Assembly (NCBI GenBank): GCA_004022145.1
Contig: RCNU01000010.1
Reading direction: 5' to 3' (one strand)
From: Paecilomyces variotii
Lineage: Eukaryota
Length of the DNA: 64,000 nt
Positions within the stretch are counted from its first letter, which is position 1. Each line of letters starts with the position of its first letter. The position numbers and the translations under genes were made by a program. Positions 12,333-25,891 of this stretch are shown one piece after another. The notes under the pieces were generated by a model. It worked only from the letters and a program-made list of their open reading frames with translations. It did no database searches and was not told where the DNA came from.

Positions 12333-13570
12333 ATGTCCGGTGTAAATAATCCACCATCCCGTGATCCGCAGAATCCTCACTGATCGTTGATCACTAGCAC
12401 GGCGCTCCTCTATATGGGACCTCTCAGACAAAGGCTCCCGAAGCTCGTCAAGAGGAAGCCAAGAAGATCGAGACTTATAGTGCGCTAGAGCGGCTCGTCC
12501 GTACTAAGGTATCCAGATAAGATGACATAGAGTTGCTGGATCTGCCAAATGCTGACCAGGCCTTGATAGATCCGTGAACAAGAGTTCACACCCGAGACAT
12601 TGCAGAAAACGTCAGAGTTGTTATCATGGAACCCTGAGTACTACACGATATGGAATTACCGGCGTCTGGTCCTTCGTGACACGTTCTCAGTCGTGGCCGC
12701 AACTGGACCAGATGATCAGGCCGCCGATCAGATAGCCTCTATGATCAAGTCGGAGCTGCAATTTCTATTTCCTCTACTTCGCAAATTCCCAAAGTGTTAC
12801 TGGATATGGAACCACCGCCGGTGGGTTTTGGAAGAGGCCCGGATTCTGCTTCCGACTCCAGTTGCGCGTCAATTCTGGCAAGAAGAGCTTGCGCTGGTAG
12901 GCAAGATGCTCAGCATGGATAATAGAAACTTCCATGGCTGGGGTTATCGCCGTGCAGTGATCGAAGTCCTTGAGAATTTCCCGCCCGACAAGAAGAGCAT
13001 GGCTCAAGAAGAATTCGACTACACGACGAAGATGATCAAGACCAACCTCTCTAATTTTTCTGCGTGGCATAACCGGACTAAGCTTATTCAAAGGCTGTTG
13101 GATGAGAAATCAGCCAGTGATGAGGAGCGCAAAAAAATGCTTGATGATGGTAAGGCAGCTCCATTTGCTTGTCGTATAAATTACTGACGGGGATTGCAGA
13201 ACTGGCCCTTATCCACCGTGCCTTTTTTGATCCCTACGATCAGTCTCTCTGGTTCTATCACCAAAATCTGATGTGTACATTTGACCCCGCCCTCGCACCC
13301 CAGACGATGGCTCCAAATTTGACGAATGCCGAACGTCTGGACTACATACAGACGGAGATCGAAAAGATCAAAGATATGCTGGATGGGGATGATGACTGCA
13401 AGTGGATCTACCAGTCACTTATTGGTTGCACCCTGTTGGCAGCTAAGATCGAGGGAGCCATATCCGCGGAAGCCAAGGCCAGTGTGTCGGGGTGGCTGAA
13501 TCGCCTGAAGGAACTAGATCCTTTGCGGAGGGGTCGGTGGTTAGATCTGGAGAGTTCCTTGAATAGTTAG
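12333..13570 (+). CDS. BET4: Rab geranylgeranyltransferase (GGTase II) alpha subunit
   Basis: Exons 12333-12341, 12398-12508, 12570-13149, 13200-13570. PPTA repeats NPEYYTIWNYRR, FPKCYWIWNHRRW, DNRNFHGWGYRR, NLSNFSAWHNR, DPYDQSLWFY; C-terminal LKELDPLRRGRW. Confidence 0.93.
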
Positions 13571-14644
13571 AATGTGGAAAGAAGCCGAATGGAATGGATC
13601 TGAAATATCTTGACTCGTGGCATCTAGAAAAAGCAGAAACCTGGATACCTATCCCGCAACTATGTAGGTGGAATGCTTTGAGTAAGGGTACGCTGTGGCG
13701 CAACTATGTATGTGAGATTGGGAGTTCACTGGTGTCGCGCGACCTCATAGTCACAGTGATAGAGCTGGCTTCCACACACAGAACCGTGCTTCTCCCTAAC
13801 AGGGAATGTAGCCAACTCCCTCGTGGTTTCGTTTCTGGCAGATATGATATGACATGATAGACTGACGGGCGGTGGTTGTCCCTCCTGCCGATGTTCTGAG
13901 AACCGTATGGTAGAACGCTCTCCCAGTTCTGTGCCGTCCGTACCAGGAGAATCCGAGCCACCAGAGTTTCCGCGCCGAAGACAAAGAATGACAGCAGCGA
14001 ATGAAGATGTCTTGGGTCCTGGAGTGGAGCGTTGACCGTGCTCGAAGCCCGCGACGAGGCGCAGTGGTTGACCCCTGGCGCCGTTGTTAAGTTAAGTTGT
14101 TAAAACCTCCGGGCGATGCGTCCGCTTCCCACGTCTCGCAACGCAATTACTCGTGGCGGTGCGATTCTTTTCTGGGTCCAGCTGGAGAACGGACAGGAAG
14201 ATATCGAATGCTCAAAGGCCAGAATCCAGCAGATTCAAGAGGCAACGCTACGCCCCCGTTGGCCACTCCGTCCAGGCCCCGGGGCGGCGCCAGCGATCAA
14301 CGGCCGTGTTAGCAACTCACCCGAACTACGGGGCTCCTCCCATCAAAAGATCCGTTTTCAACTCTCCAGCTCTCTCGTGCTCTCACCGCAAACACGCTGT
14401 TTTTTACCGCTGCAGCTGCAGTCTGTATCATATAGTGATTCATTGTTTTCCTCTCCTCCCTGAAATCCTTCCCCCCGTTGGATGACCTTGTGGGGTTCCA
14501 CCCGTGTCCACGCAGCAGCGAGCATCCACGCTCTTGGGTTGTATGGCCTGTCTTGCTCCGTAGACGATTCTCTAGAACCGCACGGCATTGGGGACGGTCG
14601 TCGTCGGAGCGGTCCTGGTCTCCTCTGAGTTTACGAAATCCATC

Positions 14645-17406
14645 ATGGCATCGAGTCCAGAGCAAAGAGACTACGAAGTATGGCCCAGATGTTGCCTCGA
14701 CCGGAGCCGGAAATCATGCTGATCTCAGTGCTCATCAGGAATCCTTCGAAGATGCGCCCGAATTGAAGGTTAACGACGAGCAGACCCTCCCCCGTAGCGA
14801 CTCGACACGTTCTCTCACCGGCCGTCGTCAATCGAATGGATCAGCAACCACCCCCCGTGCGGCGGAGCACCCTCCTCTGCTCTCTCCCCTAGGCGACGAA
14901 CAAAAGGGCGACCTAGACGATGCAGGCTCCCCAACGGCTTTATCACCACAGTCGGAGGCAGAACGTACACCGAAGAAGAAGGTCAAGTCCCCGCTACTGA
15001 CGGCTCATCGTCTGTCAACGACGTCGCTGGACGACGTCAACTTGAATGGAATCAAAGAGGAGGATTCAGAGCAGGATAGCCCAGTATCAGAATCCAAGCC
15101 AGCGTCGCCTCCACTGCCCTCTCGAGACTCGACATCGAATCAGAGAAGCTCAATACCGCCCTCCATCCCCAGTGGTTCCGCTACGACCAACAAGAGCCCA
15201 CCCCCAGCCGCACAGCCTGCACCACCGACACGAAAGCTCACCAGCCCGTTTTCATGGCTGTCAAGAAATTCTTCTGGAGGCAAGGACGTCAAATCCCCTC
15301 CTCAGGCGACCGGGTACAGTCGCAGAAATACCGGTGCGTCGGTGTCAACTGTCGGCAGTAGCTCGGAGCTGCATGACGGGGACAATGCCAGTATCAGTTC
15401 GAGGAAGACAGGAAGAAGTAGCCTGAAGGATCAATTCAGAATACTAAGGATGCGCGAGGAAGGTGTTCCTGACAACGACCAACTGAGCCTTACATCCGGC
15501 CGGGGTAGTATCAGTCATGGGAGCCCCTCCAGCATACCGGAGGAACAGGAGGACGGGGTGCTCGTCTCACCACCCACCACTGCTTCTGTTCCCCTACCTG
15601 CGTCGCCTCTCCCATCGACAGCGAACCCGGATTTGCCCCCAGGTACTGTTTCAGGCATCTCGGCCGCCGCTGCGGATGTCTCGGCCCCGGTGGACTGGGA
15701 GCTCTGGCAGCAGGTTGTTAACAATGGACCGGAAGCTTTGCATGGGACAAATGCCAATGAACTCAATGCCGCGATCAAGAGAGGTATCCCGCAGACTATT
15801 CGAGGAGTGATATGGCAAGTGCTCGCAGATAGCAGGAACCCAGAGCTAGAGGAAGTTTACCGGGCGCTGGTTGCACGTGGTACCGACAAAGAGAAGCACA
15901 TGAGCGTGAGCAGCACTGTCAATGGCAGTGCCGCTGAGAATCCAGTGGATTCTTCGAGGTCCTCTATCCGCTCAGAAGTCTCGGTTACACAATCCAACAC
16001 AGGAGCTTCTTCCCCTTCTCCAACCCAGGAGAAAGACGCCGAGAGACTGGCCAAAGAACAGGCCGCTGCAGAGACAGCACGTAAAAAGAAGGCCAAGGAA
16101 GATGCGGCTGCCCTCCAGAAGTTGGAGAAAGCTATCAGAAGAGACCTGGGGTCTCGGACGAGTTACTCGAAGTATTTCCTCTCACAAGGCAATCAAGAAG
16201 CCCTCTTTGGCTTGTGCAAAGCCTACGCTTTGTATGATGAAGAAGTTGGATATGCCCAGGGTGTCAATTTCATCGCCATGCCTCTACTGTTTAATGTAAG
16301 TGTCCGCTACCGATCATACATGGCAGGGCCGCTAATTCCGGTTTAGATGGACGAGGGCGAAGCGTTCACCCTTCTCGTCAAATTGATGCACAAATATGGC
16401 CTGCGGCAAATGTTTATCAATGAGATGCCAGGACTTCATCTTCATCTTTACCAATTCGAGCGTTTGCTGGAGGACTTGGAGCCGGCTCTCTACTGTCACC
16501 TCCGCAGACGGAGCGTCACCCCGCAGCTCTACGCTACCCAGTGGTTTCTTACACTTTTTGCATACCGGTTCCCGCTGCAACTGGTGCTCCGCATTTACGA
16601 TCTGATCTTTGAAGAAGGACTGGAGAGTACCATTCTCAGATTCGGAATTGCCATCATGCAACGGAATGCGAAGACACTGTTGGAGATGAAAGACATGAGT
16701 GCACTGTCGACTTTCCTCAAAGAGAAACTCTTTGACGTCTATATCGATCAGCAACCGTCGGCTTCTTCCATCCTCGAGTCTGGTTTCTTTGGAAGTTCCG
16801 GTGGAGACAAGGGGATCTACCGAGCTGATGTCATGGTGCAGGATGCCTGTGCTGTTCCTCTGACTCCACAGATGATTAAATCCTACACCCAAGAATGGGA
16901 AGAGAAGGTTCGCACGGAGAAAGAGCGAGAAGAGGAGCTTCAAAACCTTCGGCACACTGTTGCCTCGCAGACTTCGCGGATTCGAATCCTTGAGGAACAC
17001 GCGGAGAGATCTGACAAAGAGCACGTCCAGCTTGCATCGGAACTGGTTCGTGTGAAGGTAGAGAACGAGGAGCTTCAGGACGCGAACGAGAGCCTGCGCG
17101 TCCAGGTCGATGAACTGAAGAAAGTTGTCGACAAGCAGCCGGCCGAAGTGGAAGAAAAGCTTCGGACTGAGATGGAGCGCATCATGAAACGAAACATTGA
17201 GGTGCAAAACGAAAACCGATCCATGGAAGACCAGATGGCCGAGATGGAGAAGGACCTGGTTGAGACGAAGATGAAATGGGCAGAGGTAAGGCCTTTGAAG
17301 CTTTTGAAGTTACCCGTACACCAGGCTAATTGATCCATGGCAGCTATCCGAGCAACATGAATCCCTCAAACAGAAATGGTCGGACCTTCGCAGAGCGCTG
17401 GATTAA
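14645..17406 (+). CDS. GYP5: TBC-domain Rab GTPase-activating protein, Gyp5/EVI5-like, with C-terminal coiled coil
   Basis: Exons 14645-14677, 14739-16295, 16347-17285, 17344-17406. TBC motifs GIPQTIRGVIWQ, IRRDLGSRTS (Arg finger), VGYAQG (Gln finger), YATQWFLTLFAYRFP. Confidence 0.88.
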
Positions 17407-18227
17407 CGCGACGAACCTTCTTGTGTCTTCTATGTCCCTATGTCCCTGCTGGTTAGATTTTGTGACAAGATCAGTGGCGCTCGGCCCAAGCCACATGTTT
17501 TTATGTTCAATGTACATTTTACAGAGCGCAGCAGCGATGATATCCCGATGTTACGTTCATGTCGTCGGCGCGTGTACTTACCCTTCGCAACCGTTCTCTG
17601 GGAGAGCCAAATGATGTGTTTTTGATCGCGCAGCCTCCATATTCTGTCCTCCTGTTAGTGCCCAGATGTGTCGTATGATCTCCGGCATGACGACGTTCTA
17701 TCATTGGATTGACACCCTATCTGTATGATATGATGTTAGTGGACAATGTATGCCACTGTTTCTCTCCCCTGTCCTATAGCACGTCTTTAGTACAAATAAT
17801 ACTCTCTATGATAAGTATATTACTCGGGGTTCTTTCCTGTTGTCTCTGGCGTGCTTGTATTCTGCTTGGGAGCTATTTCAACCGACCTCTTACAGACTAC
17901 GAAGCTGCTTGGTATTGCAAAGACCAAATCAGTCAAAGTCCCATTGGTAACGAGAACTTCAATACACGAAAAGGTTGACAATCTAACCAATTTCATTTCT
18001 CTCGTAAATTTACCTCCATTTCCTCCACATGGTTACACTCGCAATCTCCTCCGTACCTCATTCATATACATACAATGCCATAGCTAGTTAGCATAGCTCG
18101 CATATTACTTTCCAATCAATCAACCCGCATCTCTAGAGATACCAGCGGATAAACATATACCCCCTCCTCCTCTTCTTCTTCCCAAACACTCATCCACATC
18201 CATCCATCCATCCGAAGCACACCCTAC

Positions 18228-18622
18228 CTAAACCAAGCTCTCAAAATACGCCGAGATTATATCCTCTCTAACGGGCCCCACGACCGCCTTCAGAGCCTTA
18301 TGCGCCTCGCACTCGGTATCGTAGTACTTCATATCGTCCAGAGATGGGAAGGCCATCTTTACAGCGAGGTTGAAGCCTTTGTTTCGGGGATCCGGGATCG
18401 TAGGGCCGAATGCGATGGTTGTGATGTATGGTTTGCCGTCCTGGGGGGAGAGAAGAGAAAGAAGAAGTTAGAATGTGAGAGTAGGGTAGGGTAGGGTAGG
18501 TGAATTAAGTATGTACATACCTTAAGAGCAGTCTTTGCGAGGACTTTGTATTGTTCAAGGACTCGATCGCGATCAGATTCATTTGGGATCTTGAACATGG
18601 TGATGCGCTCGATGGGGGCCAT
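18228..18622 (-). CDS. Stress-responsive A/B barrel (Dabb) domain protein, ~104 aa
   Basis: ATG 18622, intron ~18520-18441. Spliced product MAPIERITMFKIPNE...ALK-DGKPYI...DPRNKGFNLAVKMAFPSLDDMKYYDTECEAHKALK...FESLV matches the fungal Dabb pattern. Confidence 0.85.
18482..18501. repeat. Short (TAGGG)n repeat in the Dabb intron
   Basis: tagggtagggtagggtaggt read directly. Confidence 0.8.
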
Positions 18623-19397
18623 TTTCGACTTTCTTTTGGTTTCTTTTTCGTCTTCGGCTTCGCTTCGTATGTGATTTATGACTCGATTATGATTGGGTAA
18701 GGATGATCTTTTCGAGTAGTGATAAGATCGGATGGGATGATTAAGTTAGGTAGGTTGAGAAATGGAGTTTGAATCTGTCTAGTTAACAGATAGTTATAGC
18801 CAAGGCTTTATAAGTACTTATTAATATAGTGACGATAAGATTAACTAACGTTCTAACTAGTTAGCTGTTTCTTAACGATCCTCTATTCTCTGGAGTCTGT
18901 TGTGATCTTCTGCGGGGGGGGGGAAGTTTCATCGACATCGGAGAGGGACAGGACAGTATCCACTGCGGAATGGGAACCGCTTACCATACGAACCCCGCGT
19001 TGCTCGCGCCATCCGACGGAATACTAGTAGTAGTTCCATGGGACCGTCGGAATTGATTCGCGGCTTACTTCCTTTGTCCTTGGGGTTATTTCCGCTTGTT
19101 CTGCCGGGGGGTTGATGATTATGTTAGGGGACATATGTCTTAAGAGTCCTTTGAGCTTTGTTCGTTGGATGTGATACGAATAAATGCTTCTCGGCTTTAC
19201 AGGTGAGAGACATGGCTCGACATACCGTCTAATAGTAGTTACCTGCTGATGCTAGTGACAGACAAAGTAATTACTAACAAGGACGGCAAGATCAAGAATA
19301 AAACCTGAATTTCTCTCTAATGGGGACGGTCCGAAATGCGGAGAAACCTGTAGCTGAACATAGGTATGAACATATGAACAGTAACTAGTGTGGGCTC

Positions 19398-20757
<1,360 letters not shown>

Positions 20758-20800
20758 CCTGGTTCCTAGATATTCACAGACAAGACACTGACGTTGTGGT

Positions 20801-20826
20801 AGCAGCAGCAGCAGCAGCAGCAGCAG
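20801..20826. repeat. (AGC)8 trinucleotide repeat just upstream of the HPPD start codon
   Basis: agcagcagca... run about 45-70 nt upstream of the HPPD ATG, probably within the 5' UTR. Confidence 0.9.
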
Positions 20827-20893
20827 TTTCTTGACCTGAACTAGCTGCTCTAGTCTATTAGCTATGACGCTGACGTTGTATCAGGCAGAAATG

Positions 20894-21315
20894 GATAAGC
20901 TTGTCTGGATGAGACAGCTATGTCTAATCGTAACGAAATCAGAATGATGCTTTGGTCATTATATGCAATGAGCTCCTAGTTGAGGATGCTTCTAAAGATA
21001 AAGATGTTGATAAAGAAACATTAATAAAGGGAGACGCATGGACGGACAGATAGGTAGGAGTGAAGGTTCTTTGTTCAGCGGTAGGTCCCATTATTCAACA
21101 ATTAATGTGATGACGCCAGTGACAGAGTGCCATCATCCTCAAGTATCAAGTCGTACCGAATTTCAAATGCAGAAGGTATCGAAAGTTTCGGCCTCCAGCT
21201 TATGCATAATCTGGGTTTAGATCCTTTGTCTGCTCAAGATCACACTGGTCTAGATCCCTCACTGTGGGACCGTCCTTAAAGATAAGCCATCATGTTTCTC
21301 TTCTCACCATGATAA
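20894..21315. promoter_or_regulatory. Cluster of five GATAA sites (AreA-type GATA factor) upstream of HPPD
   Basis: GATAA at 20894, 20997, 21009, 21281 and 21311, all in the same orientation. Confidence 0.5.
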
Positions 21316-21793
21316 TATCCGGACGTCCGTGGCCGATACGAGGCGAGTGGTTGTATGTACAATACACCGCTTAAGCTCGTTGATTAGCCAAGTCATACCG
21401 CCTCGACGGACGCGCAATCCAGACCGCTTTTCAGCCATTATCCCGAGAAGCGTCCACAGATCAGATCCTTGTCAACAACCTGATAATCTGGGATTGAGAT
21501 CTCCGCGAAAGAGCCCCTTGCGTAGAAAGCGTCTGGCAGGGTCATATGCCGCAAGATCCTGTTCCGGTGACGTCAAGAACTTGTTGGTCCGACGGCGGCA
21601 GACCATGGAATCTTGCCAACACAATATCGTACTCCGGTTGATGATGAGCGTACCATACATGTAGATGAAACTGCTGTCCAGCAACTGCACGGCTTATTTC
21701 CAACCCTGAGATTGATGTGCCCAGAGCTGTAGAAAGACCCACGCTTTCATGCAGTACGCCACTGCATAAAACAGCGCATACCATTTGTAGCGC

Positions 21794-22297
21794 TCACTCA
21801 TTGACTAGAGGCTCTGGACGTGATCCAAAAAGAATCTTATACTTCACAATCTCAACGATCTCGAGTTCGTCTTCGCCTTCAGTCACACCAGTATTTCCAT
21901 CTCGAGCATCCGTCCTCTGCCTTCGCTGAACCACCGCCAATGGCTTCGGTAGCTTTTTCACTTCTCCCGTCATGCGTTGGTATTTTCCAACGTAGAGATA
22001 GACACGCTTCATCCACTTCGTATCGTCTGCGGGGTTTTGGGGCGAGTATCCGGGAAACGTGAGCTTCCCAATCGGTGTCTCGACGACAGAGGCCTCAGCA
22101 CCTTGGGAGAGGCCTGTATCCCTTCCTTCGTCCATATCCTGATCCTGATTCTCATCAGGAGAGGGGATATTGATTGTTCCTTGAAGTTCCAGGATCGCAA
22201 GACCGGAGGGTGTCTGCAGAAGCTGAGGGAGGGGGTTGTAGAAGGGTTTCTGCGAGGCAGCTTGCGCTGCGCGCGGATGGAGAGTGATTGAAGGCAT
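21794..22297 (-). CDS. CTF8: Sister-chromatid cohesion protein Ctf8 (Ctf18-RFC subunit)
   Basis: Single exon, 167 aa. LAILELQGTIN...IGKLTF...LYVGKYQRMTGEVKKLPKPLAVV...IVKYKILFGSRPEP. Confidence 0.92.
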   Translation of the reverse strand: MPSITLHPRAAQAASQKPFYNPLPQLLQTPSGLAILELQGTINIPSPDENQDQDMDEGRDTGLSQGAEASVVETPIGKLTFPGYSPQNPADDTKWMKRVYLYVGKYQRMTGEVKKLPKPLAVVQRRQRTDARDGNTGVTEGEDELEIVEIVKYKILFGSRPEPLVNE

Positions 22298-22414
22298 GGC
22301 CGATCTTTATTGTTCTGACATGGGGCGATAGAACTAGATACGAGAACTTGACTTCTTTGGCTGTGTTGGCGATCGTCGTAGCAAACCCGTTGATTGCGCT
22401 GCGGAGATTGATGG

Positions 22415-22469
22415 ACGCGAAAATGGCGCGTTGCTTTTCATAAAGTGGAACGCGTGCCTGAGGACGCGG
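22415..22469. promoter_or_regulatory. MCB/SCB-like (ACGCG) cluster upstream of CTF8
   Basis: ACGCGAAA 22415, GGCGCGTT 22425, ACGCGT 22450 and ACGCGG 22464 within 55 nt. Confidence 0.6.
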
Positions 22470-23696
22470 CAAGCTCCGAGGCGGATAACTCAACTCATCG
22501 TCCAACTTCCCCGAATTGCTGGTCTACGGTTAAAGTGATAAACAACAGGTGAATACTCAGCTTCAAGCATGTAACTCATTCAATTCTGATGGAAATATCC
22601 TCTGTTGAATGACCTATGAAACATGTAAAGAGTGACGGAGCATTGCATGCTATACAGGTTGTAAACTTCGTGCTCATAATAAAGCCAATGTTGTAGACTA
22701 TGAAAGTCGACTAAATCAACTCCATAACTCTTAGTTTACCTGCGGTCAGAAGTTTTCTGGCGGCTAGCACCGTATTATGAGCAAAATCGTAAGACATTGT
22801 TAGATAGGGCCTTGGGGTCTCATTGACAAGAGCTATTCATGGCTATCTTCACTGCATTACTGGATAACAGGTTTCTATTCATTGAATGGGCTATTCACAT
22901 GGATGAGCCTATTATAAACAATGACTCCAAGTTGCACAATGAAACTCATTCTCAACAAGAAAGTATCCAGGCTTCATCGGTCAAAGCACGTTCGGACAAA
23001 CCAGATCATCACATCACAGGAACTCTCCAACGCTTGATAGCTATCAGATATAGGTTTGCAAAGCAATATCTATCCATAGCCTCTGGATTCTGCCACCAGT
23101 CAATTCAACTGTCGCACTTCTGCCAAACTGACGTGGGCCGGTAATAGGCAACACTGGCAGAAGGGGTCATATTCTTACCAGGATTGGCGATATAATCCTG
23201 AAGCCCTCCCTTCCCAAATAGGCAAGGCAATATCTGGTCATCTAATTCAAAATATTGTGCTCTTCTTAGCTCTTCTTGCTGGACACAGAACAAGCAGGCA
23301 CTCCGGCTTCCCTTATTGAACGTGTCTTTCTTTATGTTAACTCTTGCATTTGAACTTTTGGACATCTAGGTTGCTTATCCGGCAGGATCTCCTGTGCTTT
23401 GCTCGGTCTCTTTCAGTGAGCTCGGAGACAACATCACGGCGTTATAGATCGTTGCCTAGTTATTCTCATGACTGCTTAACCCCCACCAGGACAGAAACAC
23501 TTGTGCTAAAGACACAGCAACTCAGACTAACTCAAGAGATCTGACTTACTCCTCATACGGTCAAATCTGTCTTTCTTCTACCCAATCCGCGGGCTTGGAG
23601 CGAGCGTGAGATCATCAAGGTACGTGCTGAGCTCCGGCACATAAGAAGGCCCGGGTTAACATGGAGATCAGAAACCACAGCTACACGCGCCAGGTT

Positions 23697-24287
23697 ATGT
23701 CCCACTCTGCCTCAAGGACGTGGGTGTCGGCCGAAACCAAGGAGTACGAAGCGTTCGTCAAGCTCTGTGAGAACGTTTTCTATGTAGCTCCTTACTCACC
23801 CTTCGTCCCTCGATCCTGGCCTGACTGGATCGCTCATCGTTTGACTGTCAAAGAGGAAGCTCGCAAGGAAATCGTCAAGAGATTGGCTGCAAGAGAGGCA
23901 CAGAGGAAGACGGGAAACAAGCGCAAGGTCGAACCTTTGCTCGGAGGCAAGGATTTCGATGACTATCTGACCCGCGTCTTGTCAAGAGAATCCATATGGA
24001 TCCCATCCATCGCAGAACGTCCGGACAGACCCCAGGCACCATGGCCATGCCAGGATGAACTTCAGCATGAAGGCTCTCACCGCAACAAATCCGGATTTAG
24101 TCGTTTCGCTCCGCTACCAAGGGTACCGGGGAACGCTACCGTGAACTGGAAACAGAGAGCACAAGTCAAGCAATTCTCCTTCGACGAGATCGGGCTCCCG
24201 GTGACGACTAAAGAAGAACAACTTGAAATCGATGAAGAGTTATTGATGTTGATTGGTTATGCCTTGATGAAAGAGTTGGATAATTGA
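23697..24287 (+). CDS. Hypothetical protein (~196 aa), function unknown
   Basis: ORF 23661-24287 with protein-like composition. The ATG at 23661 lies inside a probable intron (GTACGT at 23620..CAG), so ATG 23697 (MSHSASRTWVS) is the likelier start. Motif-like block PWPCQDELQHEGSHR...RFAPLPRVPGNATVNWKQR. Confidence 0.65.
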   Translation: MSHSASRTWVSAETKEYEAFVKLCENVFYVAPYSPFVPRSWPDWIAHRLTVKEEARKEIVKRLAAREAQRKTGNKRKVEPLLGGKDFDDYLTRVLSRESIWIPSIAERPDRPQAPWPCQDELQHEGSHRNKSGFSRFAPLPRVPGNATVNWKQRAQVKQFSFDEIGLPVTTKEEQLEIDEELLMLIGYALMKELDN

Positions 24288-24827
24288 TGAGCTCGGTCCA
24301 AATTGCGGAAGAATCTCTCCACACATCACGCTGCACATTATGCAGAATCCGATCCAGAGACACGTTTCTTGAGACCGAGGAGATGAAGACTGCCCTCTCG
24401 TGTTGTTTTTCTGTTTGGATGCATAGTCTTCACTTCTTGTACTTTCTTGACAATCTTCGAGGATAAAGCATGTATTTTCTTTCTTTTTTTTTTTATAACC
24501 TCCTCTTCTTTCTAGTTGAAACAGGTCATGCCGCTAGCCATCCTTGTAGCAAAAGCCGAAGAATAGCCTAGGCATAAACGGCATTTCCAGATCATGAATC
24601 ATATGGTAGTAGTAGACTGAAAATAAAGAGTTCACTGAAAGCCTACGTCCTCATATGACCTCACAAGGACCCTCCATGGAACGATTAGAACTCGGGCTGG
24701 GAGACATGTTCCAGTCAGCTTCGATCCATTGAGTCAATACCATCCGGAGGACATAGATAGGCAAGCTGAGAATATCAAGAAGCAATCAACCGAAGGCTGA
24801 TTATTGCTCGGAGCCGGAACGTCTCAA

Positions 24828-25418
24828 TCACATGGTTGCGCGATTGCAAGCGTCTTCGAGACTCTTGAGACCTTTGATAGCCTCGCCGGTAATATCGCCG
24901 GCGGTGCCTGCCGGTTTGTTGAATTTTCCGTAGCGCAGATCACTCATTTCGCCGACAGTAGTGTGGAGGTCCGCTAGCGTTGTGGCTGCTTCCTTTTCTG
25001 TAGCAGATATCTCAGCCTCGAGGGCGGAACAGGCTGCTTCCATCTCGGATAGCAGACTAGACAGTGTATGAAGAGTTTCCGGAGATTTAGTGGATGGCTG
25101 CCCAAAAAGCTGGACATCCATGTCCATTTCGCGCTGCTCGCCGTCGCTGATTCCATCTACCCCTGTCGCACTCAGGGCCTTTCGCAGCTCCATCTTTTGC
25201 CGCTCGCCCCTTTGAACTTCTTTGTCAATATTCTCATTGACCAAGTTCATGTCCTGTTCCCGTAACTGTTGCAGCTCTCGGTACAAGACCCTGATCTGCG
25301 GATGAGAGCGAAGCCTCTTTGGAAAAAGCTCGGTGAACTTTTGCAGAGATATAACTGTAGGCAAAGGGGCAGGAGAGAGAAGGAAATTGCCCAGAATGGA
25401 TTCCTCCGATGGTGCCAT
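24828..25418 (-). CDS. CNL2: Inner kinetochore protein, Cnl2/Nkp2 family
   Basis: Single exon, 196 aa. N-terminus MAPSEESILGNFLLSPAPLPTVISLQKFTELFP...IRVLYRELQ and C-terminal MSDLRYGKF are typical of Cnl2/NKP2. Confidence 0.85.
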   Translation of the reverse strand: MAPSEESILGNFLLSPAPLPTVISLQKFTELFPKRLRSHPQIRVLYRELQQLREQDMNLVNENIDKEVQRGERQKMELRKALSATGVDGISDGEQREMDMDVQLFGQPSTKSPETLHTLSSLLSEMEAACSALEAEISATEKEAATTLADLHTTVGEMSDLRYGKFNKPAGTAGDITGEAIKGLKSLEDACNRATM

Positions 25419-25574
25419 GATTGCAAAGATTCAATGAAAGAGCAAAGTAGAATATCCGAAAAAAGGAATGCAGAGGGATAGAGAAGTGAAAAAGGCACTT
25501 TAACAGCTTCTAGAACATGCAGAAGCAAATGAAATGCAAGTATTCAGATAATTCAGATGCTTAGTCCTCTGATG

Positions 25575-25891
25575 ACGCGTTGTTTGGCCAGAGATTCTGC
25601 CTTAGTCCAGTGAGATCAGATGAAAGACTTCATCAGATGGACGCGATGCTTGGAGATATGCGGACTGCTCTCACTATTCAAGGCGGTATATGGCCAACTA
25701 GAAAAGAAAGCAAGATGGATACTGTGAAACTGTAGTCTGTTGGTTGTGAAGTATGTAGTTTCCAGCTTTATTGCTGGTCCCAATGTCGCCAAGGGCGTCT
25801 GCTCGATACCTGTGGAGGCTTAACGCGTTTTTGCCTCCCGTCTCCGTACTCCCGCCATCTGCCAACCCTCCCTTAAAACCCCAACACGCGT
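25575..25891. promoter_or_regulatory. Three perfect MCB boxes (ACGCGT) in the CNL2/EAF3 divergent promoter
   Basis: ACGCGT at 25575, 25823 and 25886. Confidence 0.55.

Noticed and set aside
23542..23547. TGA-CTT as a stop-codon readthrough site extending the hypothetical gene
   Set aside because: Not the TGA-CTA readthrough context, and that frame does not join the main ORF after splicing. None of the stop codons I checked has TGA-CTA or a cryptic PTS1 extension.
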